Of a stretch of DNA of 48,328 nt, positions 16,259 to 25,230 are shown in pieces. Position 1 is the stretch's first letter. Every line of letters begins with the position of its first letter. Origin of the DNA: a virus; UHGV virus genome UHGV-0207328, one strand, 5' to 3'. Below the pieces are notes generated by a model. The model was not told where the DNA came from and did not search any database. It saw only the letters and a list, made by a program, of their open reading frames with translations. Position numbers and translations under genes: made by a program.

Positions 16259-16549
16259 ATGAAAAAATTTATCGTAGTAGCAGTATTCGCAATGGCTTCA
16301 TTTGGCGCATCAGCTGGTGAAGTGTGCAACAAAGTTGGTGATGTTGGATTCGCCGCGGCCGATGCTCGTGATTCCGGCGTACCTCAGAGCATAGCAATGG
16401 CGGTAGCACAAAGTCCTGAGTACGGCGTGGATGCCAACAACGTTCTTGGTGCAACAGTGAAGATGGCCTACTCAATGCCGAACAAGACACCAAAAGAAAT
16501 CAAGGCAATCACAATTGCGCTTTGCGTATCAAGCATGGGTGACTTGTAA
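16259..16549 (+). CDS. small secreted/periplasmic protein with signal peptide
   Basis: 96 aa, MKKFIVVAVFAMASFGASA-GE signal peptide, AGGGGA RBS. Confidence 0.5.
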   Translation: MKKFIVVAVFAMASFGASAGEVCNKVGDVGFAAADARDSGVPQSIAMAVAQSPEYGVDANNVLGATVKMAYSMPNKTPKEIKAITIALCVSSMGDL

Positions 16550-16680
16550 TGTGCCAGCGCCTGATGTTTAAGGCCCGCAATCGCTACGTAAAGCTGGTGA
16601 TGCGCGGCATGGATGAGCATGCAGCATGGCTGAATGTAATGGGTGAACTGAAAAGTATTTATAATGGAGAGAAGAAATGA
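16549..16680 (+). CDS. 43-aa ORF, translationally coupled
   Basis: TAATG overlap upstream, ATGA overlap downstream. Confidence 0.25.
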   Translation: MCQRLMFKARNRYVKLVMRGMDEHAAWLNVMGELKSIYNGEKK

Positions 16681-16787
16681 AGCTGATTGATATTTTGGTT
16701 GAAGAACTTCAGAAGAGTGGAGGGTGGCCATATGGTGCCATTACCGCCGGTAAAATTCCAGGCGTGAAGATAGAGGATTTATTATGA
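16677..16787 (+). CDS. 36-aa ORF, translationally coupled
   Basis: ATGA overlaps on both sides. Confidence 0.2.
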   Translation: MKLIDILVEELQKSGGWPYGAITAGKIPGVKIEDLL

Positions 16788-17332
16788 AGAAATACAAAAT
16801 CATTTATGCAGATCCGCCGTGGTCATACGATGATAAATCTCTAAATCGCGGAGGTGCAGAGCGGCATTACAAAACAACAAAAAACTCAGAACTTTGCAAG
16901 CTAGATATACAATCAATAACTGATAATGACTGCATTCTTTTTATGTGGGCCACCTTCCCAAAGATAAGGGAGGCGCTAGAGCTTATCGATGCGTGGGGGT
17001 TTGAGTACAAAACGAATGCCTTCACATGGGTAAAGAAAAACAAAAAATCACTTACCAACTTCTGGGGTATGGGTCGCTGGACGAGATCAAATGCTGAAAT
17101 CTGCCTTCTTGCTGTAAAAGGAAAGCCAAAAAGAATATCTATGAGCGTTCACTCAATTATTGAAGAGCCAATAATGCAGCACAGCAGAAAACCTGCATTG
17201 GTGCGCGATAAAATCATTGAACTTGTTGGCGACATTCCGCGAATAGAACTCTTTTCCAGAGAGGCCCCAGTTGGGTGGGATACGTGGGGCAATGAGTGTG
17301 ATAAAAGCATTGAAATTGAGGTTAAAGAATAA
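16784..17332 (+). CDS. MT-A70 family N6-adenine DNA methyltransferase
   Basis: 182 aa. Catalytic IIYADPPWSY (DPPW) motif and MT-A70-like downstream blocks (LFMWAT, WGMG). Confidence 0.7.
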   Translation: MKKYKIIYADPPWSYDDKSLNRGGAERHYKTTKNSELCKLDIQSITDNDCILFMWATFPKIREALELIDAWGFEYKTNAFTWVKKNKKSLTNFWGMGRWTRSNAEICLLAVKGKPKRISMSVHSIIEEPIMQHSRKPALVRDKIIELVGDIPRIELFSREAPVGWDTWGNECDKSIEIEVKE

Positions 17333-17424
17333 TGCCATCCATAACCAACGCACTCAATAACTCCTAATTGCGCCAGGTAAGGAGTGAATCTGGATGATTA
17401 AAATAACATGATGTTTAGATAAAA

Positions 17425-17452
17425 TTAAGCCGCCATCAGGCGGCTTTCTTGT
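17425..17452. terminator. bidirectional terminator AAGCCGCC-ATCA-GGCGGCTT
   Basis: 8-bp stem. The stop codon of the minus-strand head morphogenesis gene lies in the loop. Confidence 0.5.
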
Positions 17453-18383
17453 GTGTACCCTGCCATGCTTCACGCTGCTTATCCAGCTTCTCCTGCGTCC
17501 TCTCAAGTATCACAGGCTTACCATCCATCACCAGCGCGGGGGTCTGAGAGCAGTGACAATTCCTGCGGTTCCCGACTTCGCTGTAGAACTCATCAATCTC
17601 TTCCGGTGTGTAGTATTTACCGTGACGCGCGGCGTGACTGGCGCGAGTGGTTTTCATCAGCGCCGACTGCCAGAGCATGATGGTTTCAATGCCAAGGGTC
17701 TCGCGCGCCTCAATCACTTCCTTGCGATTTGACTCACGCAGCACGCCAGTTATCTCGGTCTGCGCGATAGAGCGTGCGTAACTCTGCGATACGTCGGCGC
17801 GTTTGACGATATCGCTTTCAATATCACGAGGGTTGGAACCACGGGCGATGCCCTCCATTACAACCGATGCAACTTGCTGCCTGGTGTAGTCACTAAGCCC
17901 AGACCAGTCAGAGTACCCATGAGTGTACGCCAGTTGCAGGCGATTCAGGTAAGGCTCGCTATACAGGATGGCTGCCATAGGTCGCTGTTCAGCGTAGAGA
18001 TTTGAAAGGCTTGACAGTTCTGAGTTTGCTCTTTGAGTTCCGGCGGCCCACGCATCGCCAATATGAATATTGGCCCACATCTGCCCGTGGTCGAACGTAT
18101 CACCCTCAAGCAAGAACTGGTCAAGCAGGCTTTGCAGTTCATCCATGAACGATGCAGCACGCGAAGCGCTGAAATCATAATAATAATTACCGCTTGATTC
18201 AGCATTCCTTTCACTTACTGGAATGCTGCGGAACAGGTCAAGCAGTGCAGTGCGAATGCGCTTGTACCTGGCGGTGATATCCTTATCCATCTTATTAAGC
18301 CGTGGCGCGGCTCCCAGTGGGTCAGTCAAGCTCTGCGATACCCTTGGCTGTGGCAGGCGAGCGTTAAGTCGAAGGATTTTCAT
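17436..18383 (-). CDS. head morphogenesis protein, SPP1 gp7 / Mu F family
   Basis: 315 aa with characteristic internal region (..RASHAARHGKYYTPEE..NCHCS..). Position after the portal. Confidence 0.65.
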   Translation of the reverse strand: MKILRLNARLPQPRVSQSLTDPLGAAPRLNKMDKDITARYKRIRTALLDLFRSIPVSERNAESSGNYYYDFSASRAASFMDELQSLLDQFLLEGDTFDHGQMWANIHIGDAWAAGTQRANSELSSLSNLYAEQRPMAAILYSEPYLNRLQLAYTHGYSDWSGLSDYTRQQVASVVMEGIARGSNPRDIESDIVKRADVSQSYARSIAQTEITGVLRESNRKEVIEARETLGIETIMLWQSALMKTTRASHAARHGKYYTPEEIDEFYSEVGNRRNCHCSQTPALVMDGKPVILERTQEKLDKQREAWQGTHKKAA

Positions 18384-19263
18384 TCATTATCTCATTCATA
18401 AGTTCTGGTGAGTATTTCAGCCACTCAGTGGCGCCGTCGAATCCAGACAACCCCGCAGATTCGTACTTACGATGATAATACCTTTCAATCTTCGCGGCTT
18501 CCTCTCCGGCTGTTTTTATTTTTGCAATCAAGGAAAATTCAAAAGGTGTTCTCTTTGATAATCTTGCAACTCTTTGCCTTGCATTATTTGTTATGCCAAC
18601 TTTTATCACGCCATCCCCCATAAGGAAATACACAAACCCATCCCTTTTATAATCAAAACCGTGTTTGGCGCACCCGCTACACCCCTTGCCAGCAAGGTGG
18701 TTGCTAGGTGACATCATGAACAATCCGTGTTCTTTGCACAATATAGCAACTTTGGTGCTGTTGTTTTTGTATTCCACCACTGAGTAGTCATATGAGTCGC
18801 CATGCAGTTCCTTTGATCTTGATATGAACTCTGATTTTGTCATTCTGCATCTTTCTGCATTTAATTCAAACTTGCACGATGGGCAACCAAAACCCCTTAA
18901 ATGACTACTTGGTGATTGATAAAAGTCACCATGCCTTCTGCATGTTATGCACACCTTCAAATGACCTTGCTTATACTCGGTTTTTTCATAGGTGTACTTG
19001 TTGGAGTGTATCGCGTTTACCTTCAAGACAAAATCGGAGGTTGTTGTTTTTCTCTTATCCCACCCTGAGATATCTGCACAACTCTTGCATCCCTTTCCTT
19101 GCAGATGGTCGCTTGGTGATTGCGTGAAGTCGCCATGCTCTTTGCATGTTATGACGATTTTTGTTTTTGCGTTGACGTATTCACATTTATGATAAACGTA
19201 CTTATCGCCATGCTTTTGCCTGGCGCGAGAAACAAATTCTTCAGTGGTAAGTTTCTTTGACAT
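18364..19263 (-). CDS. T5orf172/GIY-YIG-like domain protein with three tandem ~54-aa zinc-ribbon repeats; putative freestanding homing-endonuclease-like gene
   Basis: Three repeats F.SR..(E/K)LHGDKY.Y...EY.N..TK..I.C.EHG.F..SPS.HL.GKGC..C at about residues 10, 77 and 143. C-terminal GFVYFLMGDGVIKVGITNN..R...L....PFEF T5orf172-type block. Inserted between portal and head morphogenesis genes. Confidence 0.5.
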   Translation of the reverse strand: MSKKLTTEEFVSRARQKHGDKYVYHKCEYVNAKTKIVITCKEHGDFTQSPSDHLQGKGCKSCADISGWDKRKTTTSDFVLKVNAIHSNKYTYEKTEYKQGHLKVCITCRRHGDFYQSPSSHLRGFGCPSCKFELNAERCRMTKSEFISRSKELHGDSYDYSVVEYKNNSTKVAILCKEHGLFMMSPSNHLAGKGCSGCAKHGFDYKRDGFVYFLMGDGVIKVGITNNARQRVARLSKRTPFEFSLIAKIKTAGEEAAKIERYYHRKYESAGLSGFDGATEWLKYSPELMNEIMNENPST

Positions 19264-19355
19264 TATTAACCCCGTAGCAGGTTCGTAGATTGAAGATGCA
19301 GCAGGATGTCTACGTTCATCTTTTCGGGCGCCCCCTAGCTGCGCTTGTGATTATA

Positions 19356-20777
19356 TCACTCCTGAGTGTCTTCATCATCCTTTTGTGATGGTGATTCTGG
19401 ATCGTCCTCCATATATCCATCAGGCATTTTTATAGGCTCAAGCCCAAGAAATCCCCTTATTTCATCAGCCGTAAGGATTGGTCCAAGCCCAGCATTTGCC
19501 GCGCTTTGTGCGGCCTGAGCTAGTTTGACAATCAATTCCGCCTTGTCGTTCTGCGTAGGCTCCAGCAAGTCATTCCACTTGCAGTAGTAGCCATCTACTG
19601 GCGCTTTATCGACGATCCCGAATTTAATTAAACGTTCAACAAAGACAGAGATAAGATAATCGAGCCACCCGTCACGACGCTGCATTGCCATCATGGCTAG
19701 TGACTGTTCATCATTTGCGGACGCAAGCACACCGCTGCGGCTACCGAGCAGTGAGTTAAGAGGAATGTTTACGGATGAAGCAAATTGACTGGCTGCTACG
19801 TACATGAACGGCTCAGGGTCGTTCATGTTGACGGATAGAACATCAACCGTATTGCCAAACCCGAACATCGCCGCGTCAATTCCGCTATTTATTCTTTCTA
19901 TATCTTCATTAAGGATATCTGGCAGCTCGTCTACCGTAACAGCCATTTGCTGCGCAAGGGATTGCACAGATACATTATCCTTGTTGAATGACACCGACAA
20001 TTGACGAGATGAGTTCTTGAGCAGGCCTTCTGCTGAGCTTCCGGTAATCTTGGCGCAGTCAATTAAAGCGTTAAATCCAGCCCTAATTAGAGGAATGCCA
20101 GAGAAGATGCTCCCATCGAAACTACCCTCGGCCAGAGTAATGATGCGGTCGGGATGGATTTGAACTGATCGCTTTGGCTTGCCATCGTTATCAAAATCAT
20201 CAACGGCGCTCTCCTGGTATTCGAACATCAAAGGCTGTCCGTAGTCCTCCTTTGATTCGTCATTTTGCCACTGAGAAACACGTAATTGCTCCTCCCAGCA
20301 TGGGATTAGCCGAACAATTGCCGCATCTTTAATTCTGCTTGTTTTGGTGACATTAACAGGGTCGCCCCATTGGCCGCCATCATTTATCTGAAGCAACAGG
20401 CCTGAGTAGCGGTTGATCAGGTTGCGCTTGTCGGCATCTTTAATGAACGGAGCTGACTTCTTGAGTATTTTGTTTACCGACACTTCCCACTTGGATGTTG
20501 CTTCGTCATCAGCACCATTCTCAAGCACAGTTGGCATACCTTGCCACGACTTATTAAGCACAAGGTTAACCGCCGCTGTAGCTAACGGATATCTCTCGTA
20601 GGCAAAGCGTAAATCTGCTGCTGTAATCTCCTGACTGTACCCGCACTCAGACCAAAGTCTATCGTGCTTTTGGTCCAGATTCTTCCCGCCAAACTCCCGG
20701 CGCTGCCGCTCGATGAGCCTGTTATTGTTCGCCACTCGCTGCTGAATATAGGCGTTTACCGCCTCTAACTTTGACAT
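19356..20777 (-). CDS. portal protein
   Basis: 473 aa, acidic C-terminus. Lies between the terminase and head morphogenesis genes. Confidence 0.65.
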   Translation of the reverse strand: MSKLEAVNAYIQQRVANNNRLIERQRREFGGKNLDQKHDRLWSECGYSQEITAADLRFAYERYPLATAAVNLVLNKSWQGMPTVLENGADDEATSKWEVSVNKILKKSAPFIKDADKRNLINRYSGLLLQINDGGQWGDPVNVTKTSRIKDAAIVRLIPCWEEQLRVSQWQNDESKEDYGQPLMFEYQESAVDDFDNDGKPKRSVQIHPDRIITLAEGSFDGSIFSGIPLIRAGFNALIDCAKITGSSAEGLLKNSSRQLSVSFNKDNVSVQSLAQQMAVTVDELPDILNEDIERINSGIDAAMFGFGNTVDVLSVNMNDPEPFMYVAASQFASSVNIPLNSLLGSRSGVLASANDEQSLAMMAMQRRDGWLDYLISVFVERLIKFGIVDKAPVDGYYCKWNDLLEPTQNDKAELIVKLAQAAQSAANAGLGPILTADEIRGFLGLEPIKMPDGYMEDDPESPSQKDDEDTQE

Positions 20778-20832
20778 TTCGTCACCATAAAAAATCCCAT
20801 CGCATGGATGGGATTATAGCATGGTGCAGGCG

Positions 20833-20994
20833 TTATTTTATCGCCTGGTATATCAGGAATGGAGCCATCCCTGTGATAGCCGCAAAAACAGTTCCGGCTA
20901 CCACGTGCTTCCACCCAGCGTTATTCACCTGTAGAGCGGCGCACCACCAGAATAAAAAATTAAGTGGCACCCAGAACGACCAGAATAATTGCAT
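20833..20994 (-). CDS. 53-aa membrane peptide
   Basis: Trp/Phe-rich hydrophobic ORF with GGTGG RBS. Not in the track because under 60 aa. Confidence 0.25.
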   Translation of the reverse strand: MQLFWSFWVPLNFLFWWCAALQVNNAGWKHVVAGTVFAAITGMAPFLIYQAIK

Positions 20995-21003
20995 CACCCC
21001 ACC

Positions 21004-21207
21004 TCAATCAACTTTACTAAGAAACAACGCGCCAACCATCGACGCAACCAGCATAAACACCGCAATGCGCAGTACGCCGATATTCATGATGTCGCTCAGC
21101 ATTGGTGGCTGCCACTTGATGAACCAGCATACCGGGAATGCCAGTGCGAGGCATGTCATGTACACCGCAAAGAGATATAGCCATACCAAAAGGAATCGTT
21201 TCATCAT
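21004..21207 (-). CDS. small two-TM membrane protein (67 aa)
   Basis: hydrophobic helices LLVWLYLFAVYMTCLALAF and IGVLRIAVFMLVASMVGALFL. Confidence 0.4.
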   Translation of the reverse strand: MMKRFLLVWLYLFAVYMTCLALAFPVCWFIKWQPPMLSDIMNIGVLRIAVFMLVASMVGALFLSKVD

Positions 21208-21401
21208 TCCACCTTTTCGAATTTGTCAAAAATAACAACATATCCGCTGCCGCCTTTTGAGTTAATGTATTGAACTTGCTTGTCGTAAGCAGCATCAAAT
21301 CCCTTTACAGCATCAGAGGCTGTTACAGTCCCACAGAAGTTACCAACATTGCGCCCGGATGCTGGTTCCTCAATGTGACCACGATAAAAATAAATGCTCA
21401 T
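21204..21401 (-). CDS. hypothetical protein (65 aa)
   Basis: ATGA-coupled ORF. Confidence 0.4.
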   Translation of the reverse strand: MSIYFYRGHIEEPASGRNVGNFCGTVTASDAVKGFDAAYDKQVQYINSKGGSGYVVIFDKFEKVE

Positions 21402-21694
21402 TTGTCGCCATCCTCGTTATTATAAACGCGCCACTTTCCAACGCCATCCCAATAGCCATAATCGCATCTCATACTTTCGAAGCTACGACCAAAAGGCTCA
21501 TAGCAACCACTAAACATTCTGAAAAACCCTTTCAACTTAACATCAGGATATTCACGGGCAATCGCCTTGTAGTATCTGACCATACTTATAGCTTCTACTG
21601 CCGGAAAAATAAACCACACCCAAACAACAAGCAGGACAAACATCGCCACAGCGATATTGGCAACCAGCCCGCACCACCATAGGTATTCGCTCAT
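21398..21694 (-). CDS. membrane protein (98 aa)
   Basis: N-terminal TM LWWCGLVANIAVAMFVLLVVWVWFIF. ATG 21694 overlaps the upstream stop (TGATG). Confidence 0.45.
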   Translation of the reverse strand: MSEYLWWCGLVANIAVAMFVLLVVWVWFIFPAVEAISMVRYYKAIAREYPDVKLKGFFRMFSGCYEPFGRSFESMRCDYGYWDGVGKWRVYNNEDGDK

Positions 21695-21873
21695 CACTCA
21701 ATCTCCTCGCCATCAACCCAGCGTTGCAGGACTTCGATAAGCTGCGCAGCCTGGTGTTTGTCGATGATTACAGTGTCGTGGAATTGACACAACATCAAAT
21801 CATGCTCATCTGACAGCCTTCCATTAATTATTAGATTGCACGCATCTAATTTTGTATGACCTTCAATAATCAT
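21694..21873 (-). CDS. hypothetical protein (59 aa)
   Basis: GAGGTG RBS. Not in the ORF track. Confidence 0.3.
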   Translation of the reverse strand: MIIEGHTKLDACNLIINGRLSDEHDLMLCQFHDTVIIDKHQAAQLIEVLQRWVDGEEIE

Positions 21874-21881
21874 AAATCACC

Positions 21882-22034
21882 TCAATCATTAATCTTTACA
21901 GATGAAGTCACAAGCACAGCAACAAAAAGAAACCAGCCCCACCCCTCTTTATTGTTGTATGCCAGCCACGCAGCAGCACAAATGGCAAATATTGTTGGTA
22001 AGTTCACCATAATCATAAACGCTACATGCCTCAT
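21882..22034 (-). CDS. 50-aa membrane peptide
   Basis: GGGTGGTG RBS, ATGA overlap with upstream gene, hydrophobic WGWFLFVAVLV segment. Confidence 0.25.
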   Translation of the reverse strand: MRHVAFMIMVNLPTIFAICAAAWLAYNNKEGWGWFLFVAVLVTSSVKIND

Positions 22035-22270
22035 AGATCACCACCCTCATCGTTATTTAGCTCAACATTCCGAAAGAAATCATTAATCGTCTTCAGCCCA
22101 CTGTATCCACGTCTCCGCTGCAACTCACACAGCACTTCATCATACATGCGCAGAAGAATAGCCTCATCCACATCATACCTTTCGCACAGTGCCTCATCAG
22201 ACACACCAGCTCTTGCGAGTGAGTATATTTTTTCCTTCTGCTCCCACGAAAAAGATGAATATGCCTTCAT
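22031..22270 (-). CDS. hypothetical protein (79 aa), possible HTH
   Basis: ORF at the head of the small-gene array. Confidence 0.4.
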   Translation of the reverse strand: MKAYSSFSWEQKEKIYSLARAGVSDEALCERYDVDEAILLRMYDEVLCELQRRRGYSGLKTINDFFRNVELNNDEGGDL

Positions 22271-22303
22271 GATGCCCCGGTGATGTAGTTATGTCAATGT
22301 GCC

Positions 22304-22332
22304 TTGACGTAGATTCTAGCATGGCGTAGATT
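22304..22332 (+). promoter_or_regulatory. sigma70-like promoter TTGACG-N17-TAGATT (contains the TTGACGTAGATT 12-mer)
   Basis: -35 22304-22309, -10 22327-22332. GGAGA RBS, ATG 22359. Confidence 0.5.
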
Positions 22333-22358
22333 AAAATGAAACCTCTCGGAGAAATCTT

Positions 22359-22649
22359 ATGAAATGTGTCATTTTCGAGCTTGATGGTGTGCTGCGCGAT
22401 GCTGAAGGAAATACTATTGCTGGTAACGTTGCGCTGGCTAAGTCACTCTACTCTGCCGGGCATGATGTGCTTATCATGAGGGCAAAGCATGCGTATGAGT
22501 GGCTGCACGCCAACGATATTTTCTATGATGACATCATGGCTTCGCACCAGCAGATTGACGCTGACAGGGTGGCAATGGCGGTCGTGTCTGATGACGTGAT
22601 TTATGCTGCAATGCGCAATGCGGGGATTCATTGCTGGCTTTACAAATAA
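22359..22649 (+). CDS. hypothetical protein with degenerate HAD motif I (FELDGVL)
   Basis: 96 aa. N-terminal MKCVIFELDGVL resembles HAD DxDGTL with Asp-to-Glu change. Too short for a full HAD fold. Confidence 0.35.
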   Translation: MKCVIFELDGVLRDAEGNTIAGNVALAKSLYSAGHDVLIMRAKHAYEWLHANDIFYDDIMASHQQIDADRVAMAVVSDDVIYAAMRNAGIHCWLYK

Positions 22650-22662
22650 TTTATTATAAATG

Positions 22663-22691
22663 TTGACGTTGATTATGTTGTGGTGTAGATT
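22663..22691 (+). promoter_or_regulatory. sigma70-like promoter TTGACG-N17-TAGATT
   Basis: -35 22663-22668, -10 22686-22691 preceded by TG. Confidence 0.5.
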
Positions 22692-22725
22692 TATTAAAAT
22701 GTAATGATTTTGTTGGGGTGACAAG

Positions 22726-23277
22726 ATGCAGATTCCAAAAACAAGAAAAGACGCTATATATCTTGGCGTTAAATTCTACAACACCGGCAGGACATGCAAG
22801 AACGGGCACCAATGCGACAGACACGTTGATTATGGGTGTGTAGATTGCTTGAGGTTAATTCAGCAGGATTACAGAAAAAGAAATAAAGATAAAATACAAA
22901 AAAAGAACTCCAACTATAAGAAAAATAATGCAACAAAGATTGCAGAGTTAAACAAAAGTTATAGAGAAAAAAACAGAAGCAAAAGGAACTACCAAAATAA
23001 GAAATACAAAACACAGTCTAGGCAGGCATCTCAAATATCATTAACAGAATGGGATGAATTTGTTATTTCTGAGGCGTACCTTTTGTCTCAAGCGAGAACA
23101 AAGGAAACAGGTTTCGATTGGCATGTTGACCACATGATTCCACTAAGAGCAAAATATGCAAGCGGCTTGCATTGCGCCAATAATATACAGGTTATTCCTG
23201 CTGCTATGAACCTTAGCAAAAGAAACAAAATGATTCTTACAGAGCCAATGGAATGGATAAAAACAGCCCTCTCATGA
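22726..23277 (+). CDS. HNH endonuclease with N-terminal zinc-finger region
   Basis: 183 aa. C-terminal WHVDHMIPLRAKYASGLHCANNIQVIPAAMNLSKRNK HNH motif, CKNGHQCDRHVDYGCVDC Cys cluster, Lys-rich linker. Confidence 0.65.
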   Translation: MQIPKTRKDAIYLGVKFYNTGRTCKNGHQCDRHVDYGCVDCLRLIQQDYRKRNKDKIQKKNSNYKKNNATKIAELNKSYREKNRSKRNYQNKKYKTQSRQASQISLTEWDEFVISEAYLLSQARTKETGFDWHVDHMIPLRAKYASGLHCANNIQVIPAAMNLSKRNKMILTEPMEWIKTALS

Positions 23278-23290
23278 GGGCTTTCTGTTA
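23264..23290. terminator. terminator hairpin AGCCCTC-TCAT-GAGGGCT + T-rich tail between the convergent HNH and TerL genes
   Basis: 7-bp stem. The HNH stop codon lies in the loop. Confidence 0.45.
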
Positions 23291-24712
23291 TCTCCTGCTC
23301 CTTCTAATCCACCCTGAACCACGCTGCACAATATAGTCATTGAGCGCATAGCGCACCGCATCCCAATAGTGGTTGTATTTATCAACGATTTCAGTCAGCA
23401 CAAGACCGGTGTTCCTGTCGACCTTGTGGCTGTACATCGCAGCCTCGTTTTTCATTTCCGTGCAGCGGTCGTGAATGATGATGTTGTCGCAGCCCCTGAG
23501 CCACGTCACGCCATCCTCAACGCTGCCCGGCCACTTGTTGCAGGGATGAATATCAAATCCAGCGCGCTTGATATGACTAATGGTTTCCGGTCTTGATGAG
23601 TCAGCATACCATCGAGCCTTGCGCGCCATCGGAAATGCCTGGTCCATTGCTGCCGGGTGGTCAGTAATCTCAAGATGAACCTTGCCATACTCACGATTAA
23701 TATAAACGTTGCGCCGGTCGCCGGGTAGGTTTTCCACCCATACCTCGACCATTGCGGCAGGGTCGCCAGAGAAACCAAAGTCCATGCCGTGATAGGGGCC
23801 ATGCCATTCAGGTTTAACCTCAAACGATGCAGTGCGCCATTTGCCGCCGAATACCTGCTCATCGCTTCGTTTATTAAATTTTCCTTCCCAAATCCAGAGA
23901 TAGCGGTCGAAGTCGACTGCCTTCATTTTCTCCATGGATGCCGGGAGCGGGGTATCATAAAACCACGGGTTGTCGCGGTAATTACACTCAATGATTAATG
24001 TGTCATCATCCTCATAGATGCCATCGACCATCTTGTCGTAATATGGCGCCACCCACTGAGTCCACGTGGCATCGGTTTCTTTGTTGGGGTTGAACGTCAC
24101 CCATATCTCAGATCCTTCTGCGCGGATGGTTGGTTCAAGAATGTCCCACGATGCCTGGCTGACGTTTTCAGCTTCTTCCACCCATGCTTTCGATATCCCG
24201 GCAAAGCCCTTGACGCCAGTGATGTTGCGATAAAGGCCACGGAACCTGAATTTTGATTTCGTTCGCTTGTGGGTTATCTTGCCGTCGATGCAGCGATATT
24301 CCGATGATTCGCCTTTGCGGTCGATTTCATCTACCAGCTCCTGATAGCTGGAGTCCTCGATAGACTGCTGAATTTCACGGAAGCAACCAATACGCTCAGG
24401 CCTGAAGCGCGCGGACTCGGTGAGTATGGTTGCCACGGTACGGGTCTTTGTTGATGCGCGACCACCAAAGACAACCTTATTACGCTTCGGATAAAGTAGC
24501 CTTTCGAGTTTTGCGGGTATTAAGTGGTCTGCTTGAGTGGTTGCATGGGTAACATCCTCCACGCCCGTGGCGGTCATTCTGAGGCGCTTGATGACGTTCT
24601 TCTGCATGTCGCAGATGCCGAAGATGGCGGACTCCGCAACCTCCGTAAGCGCATCATCCACCTGCGCTTCCAGCTTTTCGATTGCCAGTGCAGAGAGGCG
24701 TTTACGAGCCAT
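23288..24712 (-). CDS. terL: terminase large subunit
   Basis: 474 aa. Walker-A-like VVFGGRASTKT near the N-terminus, acidic nuclease-half motifs. Upstream small terminase-like gene overlaps by 11 nt. Confidence 0.8.
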   Translation of the reverse strand: MARKRLSALAIEKLEAQVDDALTEVAESAIFGICDMQKNVIKRLRMTATGVEDVTHATTQADHLIPAKLERLLYPKRNKVVFGGRASTKTRTVATILTESARFRPERIGCFREIQQSIEDSSYQELVDEIDRKGESSEYRCIDGKITHKRTKSKFRFRGLYRNITGVKGFAGISKAWVEEAENVSQASWDILEPTIRAEGSEIWVTFNPNKETDATWTQWVAPYYDKMVDGIYEDDDTLIIECNYRDNPWFYDTPLPASMEKMKAVDFDRYLWIWEGKFNKRSDEQVFGGKWRTASFEVKPEWHGPYHGMDFGFSGDPAAMVEVWVENLPGDRRNVYINREYGKVHLEITDHPAAMDQAFPMARKARWYADSSRPETISHIKRAGFDIHPCNKWPGSVEDGVTWLRGCDNIIIHDRCTEMKNEAAMYSHKVDRNTGLVLTEIVDKYNHYWDAVRYALNDYIVQRGSGWIRRSRR

Positions 24713-25151
24713 TCGCGCTCTCCATCATCTTCTCAAGTCGCTCAAGCCTCTCGGCAAGCTCAGTAAGCTCTTTGACGTCAAGGCCAACCTTAATCATTGA
24801 TACAACCTGAGACGCAACGTCAATGGGGAGCTCACCAAGCGAGACCGACTGAATGACATCTTCAATCTGCTGCACTGGTGTTGCGCCTTTCTGATATTTG
24901 AACTCAACAGGAGGGGCCATTGTCTTCTGCATTGGGCTAATGCGAAGAAATATTTCTTTCAGCATTTGCACGCCCTGAGTTGGATTTTCCTCCACCATTC
25001 TGATTGACGTGCGAATGAATGCGTCAAGAAACTCCTCTTCACCCATCCCGCAGCGCTTTAATGCTTCTATTAACCTGTTTCTGTAGCTTAAACCTCTTCC
25101 TGCTGGCTGGTATTCAGCAGAAAACTTCATAATCGGATTTGGATTTGCCAT
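24702..25151 (-). CDS. terS: putative terminase small subunit
   Basis: 149 aa from ATG 25151. Position immediately upstream of and overlapping TerL. C-terminal coiled coil. Confidence 0.45.
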   Translation of the reverse strand: MANPNPIMKFSAEYQPAGRGLSYRNRLIEALKRCGMGEEEFLDAFIRTSIRMVEENPTQGVQMLKEIFLRISPMQKTMAPPVEFKYQKGATPVQQIEDVIQSVSLGELPIDVASQVVSMIKVGLDVKELTELAERLERLEKMMESANGS

Positions 25152-25193
25152 GTCGTTTTCGTCTTTTCGTAAACCGAATACAAGTATATTAAC

Positions 25194-25223
25194 ACATGGC
25201 GTAGATAAAAAAAGAACCCGCCG
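25194..25223. terminator. terminator for leftward early transcription (AACCCGC-CGAA-GCGGGTT followed by T-run on the minus strand)
   Basis: 7-bp stem. A8 on plus equals T8 on minus. Confidence 0.5.
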
Positions 25224-25230
25224 AAGCGGG

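Noticed and set aside
16123-16332. 69-aa minus-strand ORF
   Set aside because: It overlaps the promoter and the signal-peptide gene on the opposite strand and has no RBS.
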